A stretch of 64,000 nt of DNA from Thermoproteota archaeon (GCA_027492035.1 JAOZFT010000020.1:75071-139070); one strand, 5' to 3'; shown: positions 28,755-39,271, counted from the first letter of the stretch. The notes: generated by a model not told the origin, from the sequence alone. Numbers and translations are program-made.

Positions 28755-29542
28755 TGGCGAAGAAATTGACTAAGCAAGTGTACATGTTTCTTCAGGGGTT
28801 AGAGGAGGAGAGAATTTTAGAAGGTTTTAGGGCTTACCCTTCCAGGAAAGTAATAATTGTGAGAAACAGCAACGTTTCAGACTATAACAGGAAAGTAGAG
28901 ACTGTAATCGACAAGTTAGTGGCGAGGATAAAGGAGAAACTTAGATATGTTGTTTCAGATTTTGAGGAAGTTTATATAAATTTTTTTAATTTCATTGAAG
29001 CCTTTAAAGGGTTGGAAAGGGTTATATTCAGGGAAAAAGTGGAGGGAAGAGAAGTTTATGTCAACATTACAGGCGGAACTCGTTTAGTTGCTTCTGCTGC
29101 CCTTTTAGCATGTTTTTTACATGGCGCTAAACCTATTTATGTCTCCGCCAGTGAATACACAAGGATGGAAGTGATTGCTCAGAAGGCTGGGAAAGTTTTT
29201 GAAATACCTTCCATCCCTTTAGATATTCCCTCCGTTTCTTCTAAATCTAATGAAAAGAAAGCATTGATTCTGAAAACTTTATACTATGAAATGAAGGGGT
29301 ATTCACCTTCCTTGGAGAAGTTAGCTGAAAAAATGGGTGAGGCAGCAACTAAAAGAAACCTGGCCTGGATAAGTTATCACGTAAGGCAATTAGAGCAGAA
29401 AGGGCTGGTTCAAACAAGGTTTTTGGGCAGAAAGTTAGCTGTTAAATTAACCAGTGCAGGGGCTTTTTCAGCAATTGCAGCATTCCCCGATTCGCAACCG
29501 TACCGAACAAAGGAGAAACCGGAACTAAAAGTTCATATTTAG
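28754..29542 (+). CDS. CARF-like (Csa3/DUF6293-type) domain plus winged-HTH transcriptional regulator
   Basis: VYVNITGGTR..ASAA CARF-like motif, PIYV; C-terminal SLEKLAEKMG...ISYHVRQLEQKGLV...VKLTSAG. Start placed at the TTG at 28754 rather than 28673. Confidence 0.8.
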   Translation: MAKKLTKQVYMFLQGLEEERILEGFRAYPSRKVIIVRNSNVSDYNRKVETVIDKLVARIKEKLRYVVSDFEEVYINFFNFIEAFKGLERVIFREKVEGREVYVNITGGTRLVASAALLACFLHGAKPIYVSASEYTRMEVIAQKAGKVFEIPSIPLDIPSVSSKSNEKKALILKTLYYEMKGYSPSLEKLAEKMGEAATKRNLAWISYHVRQLEQKGLVQTRFLGRKLAVKLTSAGAFSAIAAFPDSQPYRTKEKPELKVHI

Positions 29543-29555
29543 CTTCTAAAATTTT

Positions 29556-30749
29556 TTAAATGAAGTCGTATTTCTTGCTTTCCTCAACTTTTCCAGCGGC
29601 TTTGATAAGGTCCTCAAAGCTTATTTTCCATTCTCCATCTTTATAAATTTCATATAGTAACACATTGTTCCAGATTTTTTTGTGGGTGCCGAAATATATG
29701 TTACCTGCCTTAATTATTCCTGTTTCAGCCAGTTGATAAACGAAGTCATGAAAAACACTTAAGTCGTAAACTGGTAAGAAAATTAGGAAGAAAAGCCTGT
29801 TTTCATTTTTCACCTTGTCACAAACTGTTCTGTACGGTACTTCCTTTAAAGCATTCAGGAACTTAAGGAGGAAGTTTTCGTTTGAGAAAACAAAATTAAC
29901 CATTAGTAGCAAAGTTTGTTTTGCAGAGTAGGGGAAAATGTAAGGGTGGAACTTCCTTATAATCTTTTCCTCTAAATATGTTTTATACCTCTTAGATAAC
30001 CATGGAAGAAAATTTGTCGGTTCCTCCTTAAAGAGCCTTCCCATTTTTTCAGCTATGTCAACAAATTTTTCTCGTGCATTAAGTTCAAGTCTTGAAATAA
30101 AGAAGAGATCCTTTAGGTTGAATTTAAAAAGTTCTTTCTTTCCTTCATCTATTTTGAAAGGTTCAATTTCATCGATTTTCATAATTAGATCTAACCAGTT
30201 AAAAACGTTCCCACCTATTCTTGTACGTTCTTTCAGGTAATAATTTAAGTTTATGTCAGGGTAGATTGGTTGATGGAGAGTGTAAAAATCAAATTCTTCA
30301 ATAAAAGAGTTTTCTTTGAGGTATTTCAGGTACTTAATCAATTCATATTTCTTTTTTTCGGGGATACTGTACCTTACGTATCCTCCTCTACCGTTTAAGC
30401 CGTCGATTACAGCTAAAAGACGCCAGAAAGGGAGTGGTGTAAGCAGTTCTTCAGTAACGAGTTGTTTACTTAAATTTATTTTTGTTAAAACCCCCAAATG
30501 TTCTAGACCTAGTCTAGTTAAATCAAAAACAGCCTTGAAACCTACAAGTTTTTCACTGTCAAACCTCCTAACCCTATAATTAACTGTTTGTTGAGGTTTA
30601 CCAAGTTTCTCAGCCACAACCGTAAGGTTTCTAGGGCCTGATTTCAACATCTCCGAAATAATCTGTAAATCAAAAGAGTCAAGCTTATCATGAGTGCCGA
30701 AATAATGCTCTAATGTGTAAGGAGGAGCAATTACTTCGTAAGGAGGCAA
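29556..30749 (-). CDS. Large Lrp/AsnC-like winged-helix protein with duplicated HTH modules
   Basis: LDSFDLQII..M..GPRNL..VAEKLG.PQQTVNYRV and a second module DLFFISRLELNAR.KF.DIA. Probable TTG start at 30749 after an SD-like GGAGATGGTG. Confidence 0.7.
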   Translation of the reverse strand: MPPYEVIAPPYTLEHYFGTHDKLDSFDLQIISEMLKSGPRNLTVVAEKLGKPQQTVNYRVRRFDSEKLVGFKAVFDLTRLGLEHLGVLTKINLSKQLVTEELLTPLPFWRLLAVIDGLNGRGGYVRYSIPEKKKYELIKYLKYLKENSFIEEFDFYTLHQPIYPDINLNYYLKERTRIGGNVFNWLDLIMKIDEIEPFKIDEGKKELFKFNLKDLFFISRLELNAREKFVDIAEKMGRLFKEEPTNFLPWLSKRYKTYLEEKIIRKFHPYIFPYSAKQTLLLMVNFVFSNENFLLKFLNALKEVPYRTVCDKVKNENRLFFLIFLPVYDLSVFHDFVYQLAETGIIKAGNIYFGTHKKIWNNVLLYEIYKDGEWKISFEDLIKAAGKVEESKKYDFI

Positions 30750-31070
30750 ATTAAGACACCATCTCCCTCTTTCTCCTAAATACTTTAAAAACACCTCTAC
30801 ACCAAATAAGGCATTAACCTTATATAAACTAAACAATTTTTGAATGATAAACTTTTCCAATTAATTCATTATAAGTAAACTTATTTTACATATTAGTATC
30901 TATTTCTTTTTAAATTCAATGATTTTATCACATGTTATGCAATCAATGTTGTAAAGTTTTGAGGTAACTGTTAAGGTAAAAGAAAAATTTCCACGAAGGC
31001 TTTTTCAGAGCATAGACTTTTTTGCTAAACCTTTTACTGGTTAATTTCTCCGTTCATGTAAGAATTATTT

Positions 31071-31943
31071 TTAACTTTCCCCTTCTACTTTCTCAATTAT
31101 TTTATCAACTATTTCATTGAAGCTTTTTGTGGCTTCTGAGTCAGGATCCTCTACAATGAATGGTACACCGGAGTCTGAACACTGAGATATTCTAGGGTCT
31201 AAAGGAATGCTTCCCAGGAACGGTACTTTAAGTTCTTCGGCTATCTTCCTTCCCCCACCTGAACCAAAAATGTCGTATTTAGAACCGCATTTCGGACAAA
31301 TGAACCCAGCCATGTTCTCTATTACGCCAATCACTGATAAATTCAGTCTCTTAGTGAACCCTATAGATCTTTTAACCACTACTTGGGAAACCTCAGAGGG
31401 AATTGTTACAATTATAACCCCATCTAACCCATGGATTAACTGAGCGATGCTGAGGGGCTCATCGCCAGTACCTGGCGGCAAATCTATCAATAAGTAATCC
31501 AGTGAGCCCCACACAATTTGTGAAAGAAGCTGTCGCAGCGCATTCATTTTCAGGGGGCCTCTCCAAATGAGAGGGGTTTCATCTTGGGGTAAAAGGAAAT
31601 CAAAAGAAACAATTTTCATGTTCAACGGCCCTATCACAGGAAAAATGCCTGTAGGACCTGAACTTAACATGTTCCCTCTCACCCCTAAAATTTTAGGAAT
31701 TGAAGGGCCATGGAAGTCTGCATCCAATATACCTATGAACCTGGCATGTGAAGCAAGTGCTGTTGCTAAATTGGCTGTCACTACGCTTTTACCTACGCCT
31801 CCCTTACCACTTAAAACAGCTATTTTATGTTTCACTTTAGCTAGTTTAGTTTTAATTTTTTCTTTTTCTTCAGTTATCGTTTTAATCTCCATAATTTTCT
31901 CTTTCCGCCCTGAATCTAGGCTACTTCCCTTTTCATGTTCCAT
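31071..31943 (-). CDS. Mrp/NBP35 (ApbC) Fe-S cluster carrier ATPase
   Basis: SGKGGVGKS, DADFHGPS, WRGP, DLPPGTGD, ENM..F.CPKC. Confidence 0.92.
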   Translation of the reverse strand: MEHEKGSSLDSGRKEKIMEIKTITEEKEKIKTKLAKVKHKIAVLSGKGGVGKSVVTANLATALASHARFIGILDADFHGPSIPKILGVRGNMLSSGPTGIFPVIGPLNMKIVSFDFLLPQDETPLIWRGPLKMNALRQLLSQIVWGSLDYLLIDLPPGTGDEPLSIAQLIHGLDGVIIVTIPSEVSQVVVKRSIGFTKRLNLSVIGVIENMAGFICPKCGSKYDIFGSGGGRKIAEELKVPFLGSIPLDPRISQCSDSGVPFIVEDPDSEATKSFNEIVDKIIEKVEGES

Positions 31944-32639
31944 ATTTCCTCACTTCTCTCCTTTTTAGGAATTGTTAAATATTAACTGTTTATAAGTTTA
32001 AAAAAGTAACCTTTTTTATCATGGAAATAAAAATTTATTTTTTGAAAACTTAAACGTTAAGTCCACTTCCTTATTAAAAACCATCACTTCACCTGATTCA
32101 TTGATGTTTCAACATAACTTTCACTGTTCTTTTTTCAAAAGTTTCAGCTGTTAACACTCCCCTACAGCCTAAAATGGATCAAGTATAAATTTTAGCAGAT
32201 ATCAAAGAAATCTTAAAGGTAAGAAATAGAGTCCAAATAAGACACAAGCCAACCGTAAATTCATAAGGGATAGCAAAGTCACAGTTGAATTTTAGAAAAA
32301 GCTGAAGCAATATAGGATAACAGGGATCATGTGGATAAGGATTGTTATTACCCATTTTTAAGACTTTACGTAAATGTCGAAAGAATAGAACTAAACAAAA
32401 GAAGGAGTAACTTATTAACAGGTACAGCAATGTTTCTAGCTGGAAACTTTTAAAATTTTCTTTTGTTTTTAAAAAGATAAAATATTTAAATATAGAGAAA
32501 AATGGGTTGGTGGCGAAAATCTTGAAGAAAACACCTGCAAGGTAACAAGGCAATATGTTTTTTGTTGAAGACATTCTGCTTCTTTAGAAAAATGAAGCTG
32601 AGTTTCTTCATAAGTTAAAAAACTTGTCAGGGGGTTGAA

Positions 32640-33542
32640 TTGGGTTACTTTTTTGATGAAGGATGGTTGAACAAAGAAATTCTGATGTTAAGTGTAGACG
32701 GTTGGGGTAGGGAGAAGTTTAATTCAGCTTTCATAATTAGGGGGGAGAGTGTTGCAGTTATTGAGCCGGGACACCGTGTATCGGCGGAAATTATTTTACA
32801 GGGATTAAAAAGGTTTGGAGTGCCTTTTAAGAGCGTGAAATACATATTTGTAACTCATAGGCATCTTGACCATTTAGCCGGCGGTCCCTTACTTCTTAAG
32901 AACCTCCCAAACAGTGTTTTAGCTGCGCACAAATATTCAATAGAAACATTAAAGAACCCATCCAAAATGAATGAGGCTGCTAAAAAAATTTTTGGTAAAT
33001 ATGCTGGGTTGATAGAGGAAGTTAATGATGAAAACAGACTTGTTGCTTTAAGTGAGGGTGACACGGTCAAATTTGGCGGAGGCTTAGAAATAGAGGCTTT
33101 AGCTACACCTGGCCACACTTCAGGCCATTTATCTTTCTATGAAAGAAAAAATAGGTTTGTTTTCACAGGTGATGCTGCAGGGATCCTCTGCAGCCCCAAC
33201 CCTGTTATTTTACCCACTGCTTTTCACCCCAGTTTCAAGTACTTAAATTATGTGAGTTCAATAAAGAAAATATTGAAGTATAAACCTGAAATAGTTGGTT
33301 TCGCTCATTACGGTGCAGTTGAGGGAAGTGATGCATTAAAAACTTTGGAAGTTAGTTTAAAAACCATTGAGGACTGGGTTAAAACAGCTAAGAAATGTTT
33401 AGGGGGAGAAATACATAAAAAATTAGTTGAAAAGATACGGAAGAGGTACAGCTTTTATTTGGAAGGGTTTCCGTTACCTGTAAAAAATTTCTTTTATGAA
33501 ATGTTCGCTGCAGGCTTAGAAGACGCTATAAAGAGATATTGA
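32640..33542 (+). CDS. Metallo-beta-lactamase-fold hydrolase
   Basis: THRHLDHLAG, TPGHTSGH, FTGDAAG, FAHYG. Confidence 0.88.
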   Translation: MGYFFDEGWLNKEILMLSVDGWGREKFNSAFIIRGESVAVIEPGHRVSAEIILQGLKRFGVPFKSVKYIFVTHRHLDHLAGGPLLLKNLPNSVLAAHKYSIETLKNPSKMNEAAKKIFGKYAGLIEEVNDENRLVALSEGDTVKFGGGLEIEALATPGHTSGHLSFYERKNRFVFTGDAAGILCSPNPVILPTAFHPSFKYLNYVSSIKKILKYKPEIVGFAHYGAVEGSDALKTLEVSLKTIEDWVKTAKKCLGGEIHKKLVEKIRKRYSFYLEGFPLPVKNFFYEMFAAGLEDAIKRY

Positions 33543-33753
33543 AGGCAGTTCTAAATTTATTCTTTCTTATTTTTGCGGAAAAAGGGAAAATGACTTGTTT
33601 TATGTTTAAACTGATGTGTTACGCCTTGCCTTTTTCCCCCATTAATTTTCTTCCCTTTTCCTGGAAAGGCAAAGCCCCATGTCGGGGTTGCACATTAATT
33701 TTTAAAAACTTCCTTTGTTTTCTAAGAAAGGGAGTAAAGGAAATAAGTAAATA

Positions 33754-34191
33754 TTGCAGGTGGTTAAGGTGCAAAGTAAGGAAGAGCAAAACCTAATTTT
33801 TGTTAGGTTATTTCCGGGTGAAGATATTTATGAAGAGTTGGAAAAGGTTTGTAAGAAACATAATGTTGAAACAGCTGTTGTTTTATCTGGCTTGGGGCAA
33901 CTGAAACAGTTTGAACTTGGTTACTTCAAAGAAAAAGGAAATTATACGCCTCAAAAATTTGATGAACCCCATGAACTCCTTTCCTTAACAGGCAACGTTT
34001 CTAAACAAGACGGGGAATACGTTTTCCATCTGCATGCAGCTTTGGGCAACCAAGAAAAAAAGGTTGTTGGGGGACATTTAATCAGAGGCAGGGTAAGTGT
34101 AACGAATGAAATTGTGTTGTTGAAGACAAGTTTGAAAGTTAAGAGAAGAGTAACAGAAACTACAGGCTTAAACGAGTTGTTTCTTGAATAA
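33754..34191 (+). CDS. PPC/DUF296 domain protein
   Basis: RL.PGED, GLGQL, ELLSLTGN, HLH, GGHL, T.E. Confidence 0.88.
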   Translation: MQVVKVQSKEEQNLIFVRLFPGEDIYEELEKVCKKHNVETAVVLSGLGQLKQFELGYFKEKGNYTPQKFDEPHELLSLTGNVSKQDGEYVFHLHAALGNQEKKVVGGHLIRGRVSVTNEIVLLKTSLKVKRRVTETTGLNELFLE

Positions 34192-34604
34192 CTTTATAAG
34201 AATACCTTCTGAACACCCTTTGTTAATAACCTACTCCAGTAGTAAATTTCTTAGTTTAAAAGCCAAACAGCTGAATCTTCTCAAAAGCTTTATAGCAACT
34301 AAATTCTCAACCAATTTATCAAAAATTTGGTTTACTCTAAAGCCTATAGTGGCTGTGACGTCGTTATTAACACAATAAGTTTTTGATGCGTATATAGGCT
34401 TCTTTTATCTTTAAAAAGGGAACATTTACAGAAGTAAAAGTGGAAGGATGTTTAGTTTTTGTTAAAGAGGAAATTAACATTAAATTATCTTTCCTCTTTA
34501 GTTAGGTAATGAAGTTAAATGTTTAGGTAAGGATAAATGGAAACCTATGTTTTGAAGCTTTTCTTTAAGGAGGAAATTAAAAGTTTTCTTCTAGAGTATG
34601 GCGG

Positions 34605-37025
34605 TTAAAGGATTTTTTCGCAGACAGGATGGTTTCTTCCTTCATCAACTTTAACTTCTATTTCATCTGTAACCAAAGTCTCCTTTAAATCCTGTAAACA
34701 GTTTTTCATCATGTGGAAGTGTTTTTTAGGTGTGGAAATAATTACTTTTTTGAGTGGATGTTTAAGTTTAAGGTTGTTTTTTGCTTTGTATTTTCTGACG
34801 GTTGAAACTATGTCCATGATTCCTTTCCAAGTTTCTTCTAACTCTTTGTTTATTAGGGAAATGTCTTGTTCAGGCCACTTTTCTGCATGTACGCTGTCTT
34901 CTTTCTTCCCTGGCAAGTATTGATGGAGTTCTTCACTGAAAAAGGGAGTTATTGGCGCCATCATTTTGGTAAATGTTGAAATTGATTTTTGCAGGGTGTA
35001 AACTGCTGATTTTTTCAGTTGTTCCTTTTTTGAGTAAACTCTCCATTTGACGAGTTCGATGTAGTAGTCACAGAATTCTTCCCAAATGAATTTCCTTAGG
35101 ATCCGCAGCACATTATCAAACCTGTATTTTTCATATTCCCATGTCACTTGGGAAATTATGGTTTGTAATCTTGCAAGGAAACATTTATCTATGGTTTCAA
35201 GCTTATCTGCCCCTATTTCTCGTTGGTTTTTAAGGGTTTCAAGGTGAGGATGGACGAACCTGAATGCATTCCAGAATTTTTGGAGGAAATCGCTTGCGTA
35301 TTTTATGTCTTTCCATTTGAAGGGGAAGTCAGAGCCTATTGTGAAGGATAGCAAGGTTTGTCTAAGTGAGTCTGCACCGTACTTACCAACCACTTCCTCA
35401 GGCATTATGACATTGCCTAAACTGCTTGACATGGCTTTACCGTCTGGGCCGAAAATCATTCCGTTTATTAACAACTCCTTGAAAGGAAGTTTACCTGTCA
35501 AGGAAAGAGATCTGAAAATCGTGTAAAAGGCCCAGGTCCTTATGATTTCAGAACCCTGCTGCCTTAAAGTTGAGGGGTAAGTTTTCTCAAAAAGATCTCT
35601 TTTATCAGGCCAACCGCTAATCACTAACGGAGTTATTGAACTGTCAACCCAGCAGTCACAAACATCCGTCACCCCTTCTATCTCTTCTGAACCGCACCTT
35701 GGGCACTTATCAACAGGGGACGGTTGAACAGCAGGGTACACAGGCAAATCCTCTTTCCTAGCTGGAATCAAGTAATTGCATTTATTACACACCCAGAAGG
35801 GGATAGGTGTACCGAAAGTTCTTTGACGAGAAATCACCCAATCCCACTCTATACTGTCAACCCAACCGAAAAGTTTGTTCAATGATTCTTTAGGCACCCA
35901 CCTCATTTTAGAAGACTCTTCCTTTATTTTTTCCTTGTAAGGTTGAGTTTTTATGAAGAACTGCCACGTTAAAAGAAACTCGACAGGTTTTTGGCAAGTT
36001 GACCTTTCCTTATGAACCAAGACACTGTGTGGAATCCTCTCCCGCTTCAGAAGCAAATCCTCCTTCTCCAAATCCTTAACCATTTTTTCTCTAGCTTCAG
36101 GGATCCTCAATCCATCATATCTGCCACTATTAATCAATTCCCCCCGTTCATTAACAGCCTGAATTATAGGGAGGCTGTGCCTTTTAACCCACTTTATATC
36201 TTGCTCGTCTCCAAACGTGCAAATCATAACTACACCGCTTCCGAAGTCCATGTCCACTTCTTTATCTGTTAAAACAGGTACTTCACGTTTAAACAAGGGA
36301 ACTTCAGCTTTTTTACCATGTAAATGAATGTATCTTTCATCTTGAGGGTGGACAGCTACTGCCACACAGGCATGAAGAAGCTCAGGCCGAGTTGTTGCAA
36401 CGGTTACAGGCTCCCCCTCAACCTTAAAAACTATGTAGTTCAAGAAACCCTCTTCTTGAACATAGCCTATTTCAGCCTGCGCTAAAGCTGTTTTGCAGTA
36501 GGGACACCAATGAACAGGATGTTTCCCCCTGTAAAGCAAGCCCTTCTCAAACATTTCAATCAAAGAAAGTTGAACCTTCCTGTGGTAGCTGGGGTCCATT
36601 GTTTTATATTCAAAACTCCAGTCAGGTATGTAACCTAACCTATGCATGGCGTCTTTCATTTTCTTAATTGCTTTTGCTGTCCAATCCTTGCAGGCCTCCA
36701 AGAAAGAATCCATGTCTTTTGGTTTATACTCTCTCTCCACCTTTAATTCAGTAGGTAGCCCCTGTGTATCCCAGCCTTGGGGCAGTAGGACATTGAACCC
36801 TTTCATTCTTTTGTAACGGGCTACTGTATCGCTGATTATGCAGGCGTAGGACCTTCCTATGTGCAGTTCACCGCTTGTGAAGGGGGGTGGTGTATCAATC
36901 ACAAAAACTTCTTTGCTGTTTTCTCTTGAAAATTTGTAAAGGTCCATTTCCTTCCATTTTTCAACCCATTTAGGTTCCTCCTTAACAGGGTTGTAATGCT
37001 TCGGAAGCTTCTTCGCCTCAGTCAT
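34605..37025 (-). CDS. valS: Valine--tRNA ligase (archaeal type)
   Basis: IDTPPP, GWDTQGLPTE, ATTRPE, GSGVVMICTFGD, DWVISRQR.FG.PIP, QG.EIIRTW; signature motifs read HIGR and AMSSS. Confidence 0.93.
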   Translation of the reverse strand: MTEAKKLPKHYNPVKEEPKWVEKWKEMDLYKFSRENSKEVFVIDTPPPFTSGELHIGRSYACIISDTVARYKRMKGFNVLLPQGWDTQGLPTELKVEREYKPKDMDSFLEACKDWTAKAIKKMKDAMHRLGYIPDWSFEYKTMDPSYHRKVQLSLIEMFEKGLLYRGKHPVHWCPYCKTALAQAEIGYVQEEGFLNYIVFKVEGEPVTVATTRPELLHACVAVAVHPQDERYIHLHGKKAEVPLFKREVPVLTDKEVDMDFGSGVVMICTFGDEQDIKWVKRHSLPIIQAVNERGELINSGRYDGLRIPEAREKMVKDLEKEDLLLKRERIPHSVLVHKERSTCQKPVEFLLTWQFFIKTQPYKEKIKEESSKMRWVPKESLNKLFGWVDSIEWDWVISRQRTFGTPIPFWVCNKCNYLIPARKEDLPVYPAVQPSPVDKCPRCGSEEIEGVTDVCDCWVDSSITPLVISGWPDKRDLFEKTYPSTLRQQGSEIIRTWAFYTIFRSLSLTGKLPFKELLINGMIFGPDGKAMSSSLGNVIMPEEVVGKYGADSLRQTLLSFTIGSDFPFKWKDIKYASDFLQKFWNAFRFVHPHLETLKNQREIGADKLETIDKCFLARLQTIISQVTWEYEKYRFDNVLRILRKFIWEEFCDYYIELVKWRVYSKKEQLKKSAVYTLQKSISTFTKMMAPITPFFSEELHQYLPGKKEDSVHAEKWPEQDISLINKELEETWKGIMDIVSTVRKYKAKNNLKLKHPLKKVIISTPKKHFHMMKNCLQDLKETLVTDEIEVKVDEGRNHPVCEKIL

Positions 37026-37478
37026 AACGTTTCCCTTCTCCTAACCTTTCTTGAAAATACTTAAATGTTTAAAGTCTAAACGTTTAAAAGTTTAAGGTTT
37101 AAACTCATGGATCCTTTATTCAGCACTTAACATTCAACCCTTGCTCAGCACTTGATCAATGCCTCAAATTTTTGTCTAACCCCTTTTATTTAAAAACATT
37201 CCCCTTTAATTTCAATCAAGAAATCGTCTTCCTCCATAATCTTTAGGTTCCTGCAACTTTTTGTAAAATAGGAAACAAGAATAATTTGAGTAATAAAGTA
37301 TTGTTGAAGGAGGGTTTTTCAAGGTTTTCTCAGTTTTCTTTGACGTGTGAGAAAGTGATGTAACTAATTTTTTGTGGCGGATTTGTGGCTTTGGTAAAGG
37401 TTAAATTTAAGTTTTAAAAGGTTTCTTGTTCGATAGAGGAGCTTTATGTAATAGTTTATGGAGTGGTGGAGGTGACGT

Positions 37479-38345
37479 GTGGTGAAGGTGAAGGTTACTG
37501 CCTTGGTTGATTCTGTAACTCATTTTGAGGGGCCTGTTTTGGCTGAGAATGGTTTAGCTTTGTTTGTTGAGGCCGGTGGCACGGAGCCTATTGTTAAGGT
37601 TTTGTTTGACACTGGCATGACCGGTGATGTATTAATTAACAATGCTAGGGAGTTGGGTGTGGATTTGGGTTCAGTTGATGCTGTGGTTATTAGCCATAAC
37701 CATTATGATCATACTGGCGGCCTTGTTAAGGTTTTAAAGGAAATTAATCATGGAGTCCCAGTGTTAGCTCATCCTGATATTTTTAAGCCTAAATACGCTT
37801 TCATGCCTGATTCTGGAAGGAAAAAGTTGACGTACGTGGGCCCCTCTTTCCCAGGAAGGGAAGTAGAGGATGCAGGTGGTTTTTTAGTTTTAGCAAGGAA
37901 CTCTGTTGCTTTGAGTGAAGAGGTTTTAACAACAGGTGAAATTCCTCGAACCACTGACTTTGAATCTGTTAAAGGGTATTACACTGTTGAGGAAGGAAAT
38001 TTTGTTAAGGACCCTTTGGTTGACGACCAAGCTTTACTTATCAAGGTGTCAAAGGATGACTTGGTGGTTTTGTGTGGTTGCTGCCACACTGGAATAATTA
38101 ATACCTTAAGGTATTCTTTAAAGTTAACAAAGGCAAGGAGGGTTAAGGCTGTGATTGGCGGTTTCCACCTTATTGACGCAAGTAAGGAGAGGCTGGATAA
38201 GACTTTAAGGGAGTTAAGTGAAATAAAACCTGAAATTGTTGCGCCTATGCATTGTACAGGCTTTAAGGCGAAGGCTAGAATAGCTGGATTAATGCCTGAA
38301 GCGTTTAAAGAATTTTACGCCGGTGACTCGTTGGAAATCAAGTGA
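37479..38345 (+). CDS. MBL-fold protein of the COG1237/MJ0301-like family
   Basis: AENGL, LFDTG, SHNHYDHTGGL, DDQAL, GCCHTG, GGFHL, MHCTG. Confidence 0.85.
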   Translation: MVKVKVTALVDSVTHFEGPVLAENGLALFVEAGGTEPIVKVLFDTGMTGDVLINNARELGVDLGSVDAVVISHNHYDHTGGLVKVLKEINHGVPVLAHPDIFKPKYAFMPDSGRKKLTYVGPSFPGREVEDAGGFLVLARNSVALSEEVLTTGEIPRTTDFESVKGYYTVEEGNFVKDPLVDDQALLIKVSKDDLVVLCGCCHTGIINTLRYSLKLTKARRVKAVIGGFHLIDASKERLDKTLRELSEIKPEIVAPMHCTGFKAKARIAGLMPEAFKEFYAGDSLEIK

Positions 38346-38386
38346 AAGAGGTGGGTTGTAAGGAATTGCAGGAGGGGGTTATGATT

Positions 38387-39271
38387 TTAAGTTGCTTCTG
38401 CACTGAGTTTCTTCATTATTTTGTTTTTTAGTTTTTTTGCGTATTTGGGGTCCGTGAAAGCTTTTAAGCGCTGTACTGTCGTGTTGTAGCCGTCTATTTG
38501 TTCTTCTTCAAGTTCATTTTGGTTTTCAGCTATTCGGGGATCTATTTCACCTAATTTCTGGATCAGTAGCTCCCTTTCCTCTTTCGGCATTATTCTGCTG
38601 TCTGTCATTGCTGCAGCTCTAGCATAAATTCCTTCGTCAAGTAAGTATTTTAGGGCTTTGAAGGGTAATGTGTAGTATTTCCCTATTGCACCTGTTCTTT
38701 CAGTGAAGCCTTCAGGTGTTGCAGCTTTAAAGGAAACCCTTACGTAAATTTTTGAGGAGAATTCAGCTAAATCCTTCACATAATTTTTGTCAGCACCTAA
38801 GAGGATGCCATTTGTTTCAAGAATGAAGAGTGAGTATTTAGAGGCTGTGACGTGCTGCAGTAGGGAGAGTAAATGTTTTTTGCCAATGGTTGGTTCGCAG
38901 CCTGAAACTCTTAACTTGTCAATTTCAGGTATAACTTTCCTCCAATAACTTGAATAGGTGATTCCTCTCCTTGCTGCTTCGAACAGTTTTTCAGCTGCTT
39001 CTTTTGGAGAGTAAAATTTCCCAAACAGCTCCGGAAAGTCTCTTGACCAATTGCTCCAGCAATAGATGCATCGTAGGCAGCAGCCTACTGCATAACCTGT
39101 TGCTATTCCTCCATATACAGGTACTGAGTAGAAGGCGGTGTATTTTCTTTCTTGGCCGTTAACCCCTTCCCTAGTGACTATTTTCTCTGTTTTCTCAGCT
39201 AACTCTAAGGGGTTAAACGGTTTAAAACCTTGAGTCAGAAAACGCGTATATTCTCCATTCATTTGCTTCAA
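38387..39271 (-). CDS. Radical SAM protein
   Basis: YGGIAT..VGCCLRCIYCW (CxxxCxxC), RVSGCEP, ETNG, RVSFK. Confidence 0.88.
   Translation of the reverse strand: MKQMNGEYTRFLTQGFKPFNPLELAEKTEKIVTREGVNGQERKYTAFYSVPVYGGIATGYAVGCCLRCIYCWSNWSRDFPELFGKFYSPKEAAEKLFEAARRGITYSSYWRKVIPEIDKLRVSGCEPTIGKKHLLSLLQHVTASKYSLFILETNGILLGADKNYVKDLAEFSSKIYVRVSFKAATPEGFTERTGAIGKYYTLPFKALKYLLDEGIYARAAAMTDSRIMPKEERELLIQKLGEIDPRIAENQNELEEEQIDGYNTTVQRLKAFTDPKYAKKLKNKIMKKLSAEAT

Noticed and set aside
32179-32574. 131-aa minus-strand ORF
   Set aside because: Phe/Leu-rich composition typical of AT-rich non-coding DNA; no motif recognised.
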